This document shows, piece after piece, positions 9,105-17,925 of a DNA stretch of 64,000 nt (position 1 is its first letter; each line of letters opens with the position of its first letter). The stretch is from NCBI GenBank assembly GCA_964472315.1, contig CAYYJS010000013.1, positions 229 through 64,228 on the forward strand, given 5' to 3'. The position numbers were made by a program, and so were the translations under genes. The notes beneath the pieces were generated by a model. The model searched no databases. It had not been told where the DNA came from and saw nothing but the letters and a program-made list of their open reading frames with translations. Source of the DNA: an uncultured Victivallales bacterium. GTDB taxonomy: Bacteria > Verrucomicrobiota > Kiritimatiellia > UBA8416.

Positions 9105-9685
9105 GCGGTGGGCCGAAGGTCATCTTGCTCGACAGCAACGCCTATTTCCGCCTCGCTCAGTCCATTCGGCCTTTGCTCAAACCGCGGTATGGCCCACCGC
9201 CGTCGTATTCGCTTCTTGTCCTGAAGGAGCTCGATCAGGAATACCTTCGCAGTGCCCGCCTCCGAAGCAGATTCAACTGGTTCAGCGGCAGAGAATATGT
9301 CAGCGATCGCGAGAAGAACCGCTATACGGTGAGTGGTGCGGGCGCACGACTGGTCGATATCGCGTTCTCCTATCTGGCGAGGCAGGCCGATAGCGAGGGC
9401 CTGAATCTTGCTCGCGAGGACATCCAGGCGCTTGCTGTTGGCCACGCGCGTGGATTTCCTGTCGTCACGGATGACAGGGGCATGCAGAGGCTGGCCGGAA
9501 TATTCGGCATCGAGTGCTGGTCGACGTTGGCGCTCTTGAAGCACATGGTCGATCATGGGCGCATCGATTTCAACATCGTCCGCCAAGTAGTCGAGTATTG
9601 GCACGCAGAGCAGGACCTGCCTTGGCCTTTGAACGAACTTCGCCGGCGTTACAAGGAGTTCTTCTCGGAGGACTGTCCCATATAG
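9101..9685 (+). CDS. PIN-like domain protein (DUF4411-like), the usual partner of ImmA/IrrE-HTH proteins
   Basis: 194 aa. VILLDSNAYFRL at the N-terminus and PVVTDD resemble PIN acidic motifs. The ATGA overlap with the upstream peptidase gene suggests translational coupling. The ImmA-DUF4411 gene pairing is a known conserved neighbourhood. Confidence 0.5.
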   Translation: MSGGPKVILLDSNAYFRLAQSIRPLLKPRYGPPPSYSLLVLKELDQEYLRSARLRSRFNWFSGREYVSDREKNRYTVSGAGARLVDIAFSYLARQADSEGLNLAREDIQALAVGHARGFPVVTDDRGMQRLAGIFGIECWSTLALLKHMVDHGRIDFNIVRQVVEYWHAEQDLPWPLNELRRRYKEFFSEDCPI

Positions 9686-9720
9686 GCCCGCTCGATGCCG
9701 CTACACGGATACCTCACACC

Positions 9721-10524
9721 ATGAACGCACTTGAACGGGCATCGATTGCGAAAGCGGGGCGTGACCACGGGTGGGAGTGCGTGCTGCGCAACGGTGAGCA
9801 TGGCGTCATCCTGGGGTCATCCCGGCATGACGGCGAAGCCACGATCGAGGCGAGCACCCCGGCGGGAGCCTGGTCATGCCTGTTCAACAACGGCCTTGCC
9901 ATGGCGGAGCTGCGCCGTTCGTTCCCGGACGCCGCCCGCGCTGACGGCACATTCGTCCTCGGCGCCATGGGAGCGCTCACCGTCCTTCTCCGGCGTGCGG
10001 CGGAGTTGCACATGTCCCTGCCCAACGCGGCGGCCCGGCGATACGCGAAGTGCGTCAAAGAAGGGGAGCATGTCGAAGGAACGAACGATCTGGCATTCTC
10101 GCAGGTCGGCGATGTGGCCGAAGCCGTACGCCGAAAGACGCTGGTTTTCGACTGGCTGGTACAGAACGAAGACCGAATTCTTGGCGAGCGAGGTGGCAAC
10201 GTCAATGTCCTCTGGGTTGCCGGCGAGAACTCGGTGTTCGTGATCGATCACAATCTCGCATTCGACACGGCTTTCAATGTCGCTTCATGGAAGGCGCAGC
10301 ACGTGTTCCGCAATGATCTCGATGCATGGGATGCCGGGTTCGCCCTTGCATTGGAGCCGTTGCTGAAGGATACTCAGTTGCGGCTGGACGAGTACTGGGG
10401 AGAGTTGCCGGATGAATGGGTTGATGTGGCTTCGCTGCTCCCTGAGTTCTCGCTGGCAAGGCTGCACGCTGTGCTGGCACGATTTGCTGGAGCGAATAGC
10501 CTGTTTGGCATGGTGACAAAATGA
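9721..10524 (+). CDS. HipA-like (HipA_C / PI3K-PI4K-like) kinase-fold protein
   Basis: 267 aa. FDWLVQNEDRILGERGGNVNVLW parallels the HipA catalytic loop (VLIGNTDDHLKNF). VFVIDHNLAFD parallels the HipA activation/DFG-like motif. I see no N-terminal HipA domains. Confidence 0.4.
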   Translation: MNALERASIAKAGRDHGWECVLRNGEHGVILGSSRHDGEATIEASTPAGAWSCLFNNGLAMAELRRSFPDAARADGTFVLGAMGALTVLLRRAAELHMSLPNAAARRYAKCVKEGEHVEGTNDLAFSQVGDVAEAVRRKTLVFDWLVQNEDRILGERGGNVNVLWVAGENSVFVIDHNLAFDTAFNVASWKAQHVFRNDLDAWDAGFALALEPLLKDTQLRLDEYWGELPDEWVDVASLLPEFSLARLHAVLARFAGANSLFGMVTK

Positions 10525-11366
10525 AGAGCAACTACGCCTGCAATTTTGCGGTTGTGAGATTTCTGCCATACCCCGAGACGGATGAATTCGTCAATATCGG
10601 CATTGTCATGGCGTGCCCGCAAACGGGCATCTTCGACTTCAAGATCGACACTCGGCGTCGGGAGCGCATCACGGGATTCTTTCCTGAACTCGATGTTGAT
10701 ACACTCTTGGATGGTCGGAAGGCTTTCGTGCGCGAAGTGGCGCGTGTGAAGGCTGCATTCGACGGGCAAGCGACGCCGGATCAGCGAAGCTTCAACTTCA
10801 GCCAGCGGGAATGCGTCGATATATTCCGGAAACTGGTGAAGCCGCGTGAAAGCGTCTTTCGGTTCAGCGCCATCGGAACGGTGCTCACCATGGACCCGAA
10901 GCAGAAGCTGCAGGAGCTGTTCGCATACTACGTGGAGCGCCAATTCGCGCAGCGTGAGGAGTACCAGGAGACAGTCATGACTCGCCGGCTTGCGACTGTG
11001 TTCAAGGCGGAACACTTGATCGACCTGTACCACGAGCAGCGTTTCGGCGATGAACTATACCATGTGACGCTGCCGTTCGTTCACGAGGTGGACGACGCTG
11101 CGGTCAAGGCGATCAAACCCCTCGACCTCGACAAACATGATTCAACCCGGATCATTGAATATGGCGACAAATGGCAACGCCGTATCGAGCGCCTCCGTGG
11201 CATGGGGGACTTCCCCAAGCGGATTCTGTTTGTCGTGCGCCAGCCCGGAAGTGGCCGCAAGCGAGAGGCAGCGGAAAGCGTGCGTCGTGATCTTGAAGCC
11301 CTTCACGCCGAGACGCTCAACGAGCGCGATAAGGCTGAGGTGGTCGCATTCGCCCGGGCCGGATAG
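10521..11366 (+). CDS. DUF3037-like protein
   Basis: 281 aa. The N-terminus CNFAVVRFLPYPETDEFVNIGIVM matches my recollection of the DUF3037 consensus. Its ATGA overlaps the upstream kinase-like gene. Confidence 0.4.
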   Translation: MKSNYACNFAVVRFLPYPETDEFVNIGIVMACPQTGIFDFKIDTRRRERITGFFPELDVDTLLDGRKAFVREVARVKAAFDGQATPDQRSFNFSQRECVDIFRKLVKPRESVFRFSAIGTVLTMDPKQKLQELFAYYVERQFAQREEYQETVMTRRLATVFKAEHLIDLYHEQRFGDELYHVTLPFVHEVDDAAVKAIKPLDLDKHDSTRIIEYGDKWQRRIERLRGMGDFPKRILFVVRQPGSGRKREAAESVRRDLEALHAETLNERDKAEVVAFARAG

Positions 11367-11442
11367 CTTGCCTGGCGCTGGAAGAGGGGGGCGACAGACT
11401 CGTGAACCAAACGCGGGCTGTCAGAGCTGGCGATGACATTTG

Positions 11443-11537
11443 AGGGAGCCAAGGGCCAGGCCATCTGAGCGCGATGGGCCGGGGTGCATGTCCCCTCCCC
11501 GTAGCCTCCGTCGCCAGGCGGTGGACTCCCCACATGG
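11443..11537. repeat. 95-bp direct repeat, copy A (pairs with 17592-17686; one mismatch)
   Basis: agggagccaagggccaggccatctgagcgcgatgggccggggtgcatgtcccctccccgtagcctccgtcgccag[g/a]cggtggactccccacatgg is present at both positions. The pair brackets the helicase module. Confidence 0.85.
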
Positions 11538-11581
11538 TGGACGGAAATGTGCGGGAAACCTTGCTGGTCGGCCTTCATTGA

Positions 11582-14500
11582 ATGAGTGATACAGCCACAG
11601 ATCCCATTTCAGACTGCGTCCGGCTGGATCTGGAGACCAACCAGTCTGGGGGGATTCTCAAAATCGGTGCCGTCCGTGGCAATCGGACTTTCCTGCGTAC
11701 GGGCCGCTTTGACCAGAAGGCTGCGCTGGCTGAGCTGGATGGTCTGTGTCGGGGAGCATCTTGCGTGGTCGGCCATAATGTTGTGCTTCATGACTTGGAA
11801 GTCCTCAGGGAGCACAGCGCTTCGCTTTCGCTTCTGAGGCTGCCGGTAATCGATACGCTGTTCCTGTCGCCGATCTGCTTCCCGGAGAACCCATATCATC
11901 ACCTGGTCAAGGACTACAAACTAGTCTCGGACTCTGTGAACGATCCCGTCGCGGACGCACGGCTTTCCGGCGTCTTGCTCGCGGATGAGGTGCAGTCGCT
12001 GCGCGGAAGGGCCGAAGCGGCTCCCGATGTGTTCCGTTGCCTGCAGTTTCTGCTGTGCGCAGAAGGCGGCACCGACAACCTTCTGTCTGTGGGTATGCAG
12101 TTGGTGTTTGGCGCAGCCGGTGGAGGCGACTCGGTCACGACACAGCAAGGGCGCCCGTTGCTCACGTCAGTCCTAGGGGATCTGGCCTGTCGAACCGGCG
12201 CGGCATACCTGGCGGAAACCGACTTTGGCTCCGCGCAATCGCGTTGGGCACTGGCGTATGTGCTGTCGTGGCTGCGCGTCGCCGGCGCCGATTCCGTACT
12301 GCCGCCCTGGGTACGTCTGCACAACCCGCTGGTGAGCCCGATCCTTTCGCGACTGCGCGATGTCCCGTGTGACAGTCCCGAGTGCACGTACTGCCGTGCG
12401 ACTCACGATCCCGAGGCCCAACTGTCACGTTTTTTCGGATTCGACAGCTTCCGCCCCACTCCGCCGGATGCAAACGGCCAGAGTCTTCAGCGCGGCATTG
12501 TCTTGGCGGGCATGCGAAATGAGTCCGTGCTGGCCATCATGCCCACCGGCGGAGGGAAATCACTCTGCTTCCAGCTTCCCGCCCTGGTGCGCAACTTACG
12601 CAGAGGGCAGCTCACCATCGTCGTGTCTCCCCTGCAGGCGCTCATGAAGGATCAGGTCGATGGCCTTGTGCGCCGGACCCACATGCACAACGCAGCGGCG
12701 CTTTACGGGTTGCTGACTTCACCCGAACGAGGGGAGGTCCTGCGCGGCGTGCGAACCGGGAGCATTGCGCTCCTTTACGTTTCGCCAGAACAACTGCGCG
12801 GGAAGTCGTTCAGGAATGCCGTGCTTCAGCGAGAGATCGGCTGCTGGGTTCTGGATGAGGCGCACTGTCTGTCCAAATGGGGACACGACTTTCGTCCTGA
12901 CTACCTGTACGTAGGCCGGTTCATCCGCGAATTGGCGAAAGAGCAGGCAGGCGCCCTGCCGGCAATCGCCTGCTTCACGGCAACTGCGAAGCGGGATGTC
13001 ATCGACGAAATCGTCGAGTTCTTCCGCCGCGAGACCGGCACGGAACTGATTCGCTATGAAGGCGGCGTCGAGCGCGACAACCTGCATTTCGAGGTACAGA
13101 CTGTGGGTGCGCATGCGAAGTTGCCGCGGATGCATGATCTTCTGAGTGCCCGACTGCGGCCCGGCGGCCCTGGAAGCGCAGTCGTATTCCGTGCTACGCG
13201 AAAGGCTGCGGAGGAAACGGCGGAATTCCTCGTTACTAAGGGCTGGTCCGCGGCATGTTTTCATGCCGGACTGCTGGCGACCGACAAGAAGCGCATCCAG
13301 AATGACTTCCTGGCTGGCGAAATCCAGGTCATCTGTGCGACCAACGCTTTCGGGATGGGTATCGACAAGGATGACGTCAGGCTCGTCATCCACGGCGACA
13401 CGCCGGGATCGCTGGAGAACTACCTGCAGGAAGCCGGACGGGCCGGGCGAGACCGGAATCCCGCCGACTGCGTGCTCCTATACGACGAAGAGGATTGCGA
13501 GCAACAATTTCGCATGGGTGCTCACTCCGAGCTGAGCCGCCGCGATATCGCCCAGATCCTTCGCGGTCTCCGCAAGGCCGCCCGGTCGCGGAAAACCGAT
13601 GAAGTCGTCATCACAACCGGTGAGTTGCTGCGCGATGAAGACGTCGATACTGAATTTGGTCCCCAAGACAATTCAGCGGACACCAAGGTGCGGGCCGCCG
13701 TCTCATGGCTGGAGCGTGCAGGATTTGTCGAACGGAACGAGAACCGGACCAACGTCGTGCAGGCCCGACTGCTCGTCAAGAGTATCGACGAGGCCCGGGC
13801 GCAGTTGGCGAGGCTCAACTTGTCCGAACGGGAGGGCGGCCTGTGGTTAGCGATCATACGCGAGATGATGAACGCCTCCGAGATGGATACGCTATCCGTC
13901 GACGAGATTGCCCTGTTGCCCGAGTTCCAGTCCTACTTGGAGGAAGCCCGTTCCGGTGCGCCGGAGCGGCTGGTACGGGAAGGGCGCAGCCAGGAGTATC
14001 TGAGCGCGAAGGTGCTGAAAGTCCTCGACGCGATGATGGGTGTGGGCGTGCTCAAGAAGGATACGCTGCTGACAGCGTACGTGCGGTATAAGGTCGCGGA
14101 TCATTCTGGGATCAGACTGGACCGCGTGCTCGGCGTGGATCGCGAGTTCCTCAAGCTGCTGTCCGAGGAAGAGCCAGATCCGGAGGGGTGGCTCTCGCTC
14201 AACCTCCGTCTCGTGAACGACGAACTGTTGTCGCGAGGGGTTGACTGCTCGCCGGAAATGCTGCGACAGCTCCTGCGGAGCCTGAGCGAGGATGGTCGAG
14301 GGTTCGCGGGCCAAACGGGCAGCATTGACTGCCGCTACGTGGGGCGTGACGCCTACCGCGTCAGGGTTCGAAGGGAATGGCGACAAGCTGAGGCGCTGGC
14401 CGAAGTGAGGAGGAGAGTGGCAACCAAGATCCTGGAAGCCCTCTTGGACACAGTCCCGCCGAATACACCGCCTAAGGGCGACCTCTTGGTTGAGTTCGCG

Positions 14501-16804
14501 TTCGAGACGCTCCGGTCGGCGTTGGAGAGTGACCTGACCCTTCGCTCCGATATTCGTGACATGCAGGCGGCCATCGAGCGCGGGTTGATGTTTCTACATG
14601 AGCAGAGCGTCATCATCCTTCAAAAGGGGCTGGCGATATTCCGCTCTGCCATGACCGTCCGCGTTCTGCCCGAAGGTGACCGCCAACGGTATACGGCAGA
14701 ACACTACGACGCGCTGCAGCACCACTACCGTGAGCGTGTGTTTCAGGTGCATGTGATGAACGAGTACGCCCGTTACGGACTGCAGAAGATCCGCGCAGCT
14801 CTCGAGTTGGTCGTCGCATACTTCACGATGGACAAGGAGTCGTTCATCCGACGGTTCTTCAGTGACAGCGGGGAACTGCTGGAGAGAGCCACGACGGCGC
14901 GGTCCTACCGCGCGATCGTAGACAGCCTGGGAAACCGCGATCAGATCCGCATTGTGACCCAGCCGACTCAGAAAAACATCCTGATCCTGGCCGGACCAGG
15001 CTCAGGGAAGACCCGAACCGTCGTGCACCGGTGTGCGTACCTGTTGCGCGTTAAGCGCGTACGTCCCCGGGCCGTCTTGGTCTGCTGCTTCAACCACAAG
15101 GCCGTCCTGGAGTTGCGCCGACGCCTGGCCGCTTTGGTTGGCAAGGACGCCATCGGGGTTACGATTCAGACCTACCACGGCCTGGCCCTTCGCATCCTCG
15201 GCCTGTCCTGCCGCGGACTGGAGGACAGGAACGGGACCACGCCCGATTTCGACCAGCTCATATCCGACGCTGTACGCGTCCTGCGTGGAGAGTCCGGAGT
15301 GCCGGGTGTCGAGCCGGACGACGTTCGTGACCGCCTGTTGGCCGGCTTTGAGCACATTCTCGTGGACGAGTACCAGGACATCGATGAGCCCCAGTACGAG
15401 ATGATCAGCGCCATAGCCGGCCGTACCCTCAAGGACGGGGAGCGCAAACTGTCCATTCTGGCTGTCGGCGACGACGACCAGAGCATCTACGGTTTTCGGG
15501 GCGCCAACGTGGAATTCATCCGTCGCTTCAAGACGGACTACGAGGCGGATGTTGCCTTCCTGATCGAGAACTACCGTTCCACGCGCCATATCATTGAGGC
15601 GGCCAACCGCTTGATCGGGCGCAATCATGACCGCATGAAGGTGGACAAGGAGATCCGAATCGACCAGGGACGTGGCTTACTCCCGCCGGGCGGGGTGTTC
15701 GGCCAGAAGGACGCCCTTACGCGCGGCCGCGTCACGCTCGTCGAGGTCGGGGACGCTTCGGTGCAGGCGTCAGCCGTCGTGCGCGAGATCAAGCGGCTGC
15801 GCGCCTTGGGCGCAACCCGCTGGGAGGACATCGCCGTCCTCTCGCGCACACGGCGAGACCTTGCCCTGGTGCGCGCCGCAGCGGAAGCCGATGGCATTCC
15901 CGTTTCGTGGCCGCTGGACCGCGGCAAGATACCTCCGCTGAGCCGCATCCGTGAGGTATGGAACGTCCTGTCCGAACTGGCCTCTATTCGCGGCGAATCC
16001 ACCACGGCTTCGGACCTGCTTGTTCGGTTTGGGCTTTCGGACGACTCACCGCCAGCAAATCCCTGGCGGGTGCTCATCCAGGACTGCCTGCATGCGTGGG
16101 CCGACGAGACACTGGACGAAAGACTTCCTGTCGCCACCGCTCTCGAGGGGCTTTACGAGGCGCTGGCCCAGCGACGGCGCGACGAACAGTTCGGCTGCGG
16201 CGTAGTCCTGAACACAGTCCATGCGGCCAAAGGCACGGAATACGAGCATGTCCTGCTCTGCGGCGATTGGTCGGGCGCGCGAGGGGCGGACATTGAGGAG
16301 GAACGCCGTGTTCTTTACGTCGGCATGACCCGTGCCCGCCACACCTTAGCTGTTTTCAACAGGATGGACCGCCGCAATCCCTTTGCCGACGAACTCACCG
16401 GGCCGTGTTTCACCTACCGCCGCGAGTCTGCCGGCCCAGCCGGACGCGACCACGATGCATCGGATTATGTCCTGCTCGGCATGGAAGATATCTTCCTGGA
16501 CTTCGCCGGCCAGCAGCCCGCCGGCCACCCCGTACACACTGCGCTGGCGGGGCTTCAGCCCGGCGACAAACTGGCAGTGTCCCGTAACGGCGCGCGGCCC
16601 GCGTTGCTGAACGCGGACGGGCAGATGCTTGCTCGGTTCTCTGCCAAGGCCGCTGATACGTGGAAGGATCGTCTCGACACGATTCGTGACGTTCAAGTCA
16701 TCTGCAACGTTATTCGACAGCGCACCGACTGCAAAGAGAGCGAATACCAAGACCGGCTCAAAGCGGACAGATGGGAGATCCCGATCTGCGAGATCCGGAT
16801 GTAG
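11582..16804 (+). CDS. Tri-domain protein: N-terminal DnaQ-like DEDDh 3'-5' exonuclease, RecQ-family helicase and UvrD/PcrA-family helicase
   Basis: 1740 aa.
- Exonuclease: RLDLETNQ…VVGHNVVLHDLEVL matches exonuclease motifs I and III.
- RecQ: MPTGGGKSLCFQLPAL and LDEAHCLSKWGHDFRPDY are RecQ signatures.
- UvrD: ILILAGPGSGKTRTVVHR (Walker A), VDEYQDIDEPQYEMI (motif II) and YVGMTRAR (motif VI).
The last ~150 aa are unassigned. Confidence 0.7.
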   Translation: MSDTATDPISDCVRLDLETNQSGGILKIGAVRGNRTFLRTGRFDQKAALAELDGLCRGASCVVGHNVVLHDLEVLREHSASLSLLRLPVIDTLFLSPICFPENPYHHLVKDYKLVSDSVNDPVADARLSGVLLADEVQSLRGRAEAAPDVFRCLQFLLCAEGGTDNLLSVGMQLVFGAAGGGDSVTTQQGRPLLTSVLGDLACRTGAAYLAETDFGSAQSRWALAYVLSWLRVAGADSVLPPWVRLHNPLVSPILSRLRDVPCDSPECTYCRATHDPEAQLSRFFGFDSFRPTPPDANGQSLQRGIVLAGMRNESVLAIMPTGGGKSLCFQLPALVRNLRRGQLTIVVSPLQALMKDQVDGLVRRTHMHNAAALYGLLTSPERGEVLRGVRTGSIALLYVSPEQLRGKSFRNAVLQREIGCWVLDEAHCLSKWGHDFRPDYLYVGRFIRELAKEQAGALPAIACFTATAKRDVIDEIVEFFRRETGTELIRYEGGVERDNLHFEVQTVGAHAKLPRMHDLLSARLRPGGPGSAVVFRATRKAAEETAEFLVTKGWSAACFHAGLLATDKKRIQNDFLAGEIQVICATNAFGMGIDKDDVRLVIHGDTPGSLENYLQEAGRAGRDRNPADCVLLYDEEDCEQQFRMGAHSELSRRDIAQILRGLRKAARSRKTDEVVITTGELLRDEDVDTEFGPQDNSADTKVRAAVSWLERAGFVERNENRTNVVQARLLVKSIDEARAQLARLNLSEREGGLWLAIIREMMNASEMDTLSVDEIALLPEFQSYLEEARSGAPERLVREGRSQEYLSAKVLKVLDAMMGVGVLKKDTLLTAYVRYKVADHSGIRLDRVLGVDREFLKLLSEEEPDPEGWLSLNLRLVNDELLSRGVDCSPEMLRQLLRSLSEDGRGFAGQTGSIDCRYVGRDAYRVRVRREWRQAEALAEVRRRVATKILEALLDTVPPNTPPKGDLLVEFAFETLRSALESDLTLRSDIRDMQAAIERGLMFLHEQSVIILQKGLAIFRSAMTVRVLPEGDRQRYTAEHYDALQHHYRERVFQVHVMNEYARYGLQKIRAALELVVAYFTMDKESFIRRFFSDSGELLERATTARSYRAIVDSLGNRDQIRIVTQPTQKNILILAGPGSGKTRTVVHRCAYLLRVKRVRPRAVLVCCFNHKAVLELRRRLAALVGKDAIGVTIQTYHGLALRILGLSCRGLEDRNGTTPDFDQLISDAVRVLRGESGVPGVEPDDVRDRLLAGFEHILVDEYQDIDEPQYEMISAIAGRTLKDGERKLSILAVGDDDQSIYGFRGANVEFIRRFKTDYEADVAFLIENYRSTRHIIEAANRLIGRNHDRMKVDKEIRIDQGRGLLPPGGVFGQKDALTRGRVTLVEVGDASVQASAVVREIKRLRALGATRWEDIAVLSRTRRDLALVRAAAEADGIPVSWPLDRGKIPPLSRIREVWNVLSELASIRGESTTASDLLVRFGLSDDSPPANPWRVLIQDCLHAWADETLDERLPVATALEGLYEALAQRRRDEQFGCGVVLNTVHAAKGTEYEHVLLCGDWSGARGADIEEERRVLYVGMTRARHTLAVFNRMDRRNPFADELTGPCFTYRRESAGPAGRDHDASDYVLLGMEDIFLDFAGQQPAGHPVHTALAGLQPGDKLAVSRNGARPALLNADGQMLARFSAKAADTWKDRLDTIRDVQVICNVIRQRTDCKESEYQDRLKADRWEIPICEIRM

Positions 16805-16859
16805 CATCCTTGTTCGGCCAGGAATCGAAAGCTCCACATGAAGAACACACGAAGCGAAA

Positions 16860-17258
16860 ATGCAACCAGCGCGTAGAGATGAGATACGGCGTTTTCTCGT
16901 CACGGGCGAGCATGATGCGGCGCATAGGGTTTGGCCCGGACGCCACGTTTTTGAGCGGGTCCATGCGGGGGATGCTGCGCTGCGGGCCGCCCTGGCCGAC
17001 GCCGTGCGCCAGCGGACAAAGGGGCTGACATTTCCTTCCCTGCCACCCGACTTCGATGCCGGCCAGTTTGTGCTCGGCAAGGTCCGTCCCATGGTATGCG
17101 GGCTCTTTCCGGCAAGGGAGCGACAGGTCATGCTCGACCTGTTCGAAAAAGCCCTGGTGTTCGTGTCCGGGGACAACATCGAGCAACTCGTTTCAGAGAC
17201 GGAAATGCTGTCCACAGCCCGCCAGATGAGGGAGCATACCCGATGGGAGTGCGAGTGA
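16860..17258 (+). CDS. Hypothetical protein downstream of the helicase
   Basis: 132-aa ORF, 56 nt after the helicase stop, same strand. No recognised domain. Confidence 0.35.
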   Translation: MQPARRDEIRRFLVTGEHDAAHRVWPGRHVFERVHAGDAALRAALADAVRQRTKGLTFPSLPPDFDAGQFVLGKVRPMVCGLFPARERQVMLDLFEKALVFVSGDNIEQLVSETEMLSTARQMREHTRWECE

Positions 17259-17572
17259 CGATGGATCGGGCAAACAGTGAAATGAGCGCCAACCTGCTCG
17301 ATAACGTGAGCGCCCTGGTCGACCAGATGCAGGGCTTGGCGCGTCAGGCTCACGCCGAATACAGCCCCGAGGTGGATGCGCTGATTGCCACGCGCACCCG
17401 CGACACCCGACGGATCGAACGCCTGCTCGATGGCATCCTCGATTTCGGCTTCGATGACGCCATGACCCAGCTCTTCAAACGCCTCTGCCGCTACTACTAC
17501 ACCCTCGATCCCACCGCCACCGTCGATTACGTCCACACCTACCGCGAGATGTGGGACAGCGACGGATCATAG
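17243..17572 (+). CDS. Hypothetical protein (second small ORF of the helicase module)
   Basis: About 109-aa ORF (MGVRVTMDRANSEMSANLL…). It overlaps the previous ORF's end by 16 nt; an alternative start is MDRAN at 17261. It ends 20 nt before 95-bp repeat copy B. Confidence 0.3.
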   Translation: MGVRVTMDRANSEMSANLLDNVSALVDQMQGLARQAHAEYSPEVDALIATRTRDTRRIERLLDGILDFGFDDAMTQLFKRLCRYYYTLDPTATVDYVHTYREMWDSDGS

Positions 17573-17591
17573 GTTCCGCCGTCCACAACAT

Positions 17592-17686
17592 AGGGAGCCA
17601 AGGGCCAGGCCATCTGAGCGCGATGGGCCGGGGTGCATGTCCCCTCCCCGTAGCCTCCGTCGCCAGACGGTGGACTCCCCACATGG
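17592..17686. repeat. 95-bp direct repeat, copy B
   Basis: See copy A at 11443-11537. Confidence 0.85.
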
Positions 17687-17925
17687 CCTGTCCCTTGACG
17701 GCCTTATTCGACAAACCGATTTTGACCATCACTGACTTTGTCGAACGCACGGGTATTCAGCGGCGCAGCGCTGAACAGATCATGGAGGCCCTCCTGAACA
17801 GGAGGATTCTCGGAATCCAGGAGAGAGAAGCCGGCAGCAGGCCGGCCGTTCTGGCTTTCAGACGCTTGGTAGCCATTACGCAGCGCAAGGAGTTTTCAGC
17901 CAAGTGACAGAGCCCGGCGTTGGTG

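Noticed and set aside
11443-11537. Whether the 95-bp repeat is a tRNA-derived att site
   Set aside because: No acceptor-stem or T-loop-like features (no GTTCRANYC) appear on either strand. I kept it as an unexplained long direct repeat.
16346-17536. 396-aa minus-strand ORF overlapping the helicase 3' end and the small ORFs
   Set aside because: It runs antisense to the helicase C-terminus and has no domain. I preferred the + strand small ORFs, but those remain low-confidence too.
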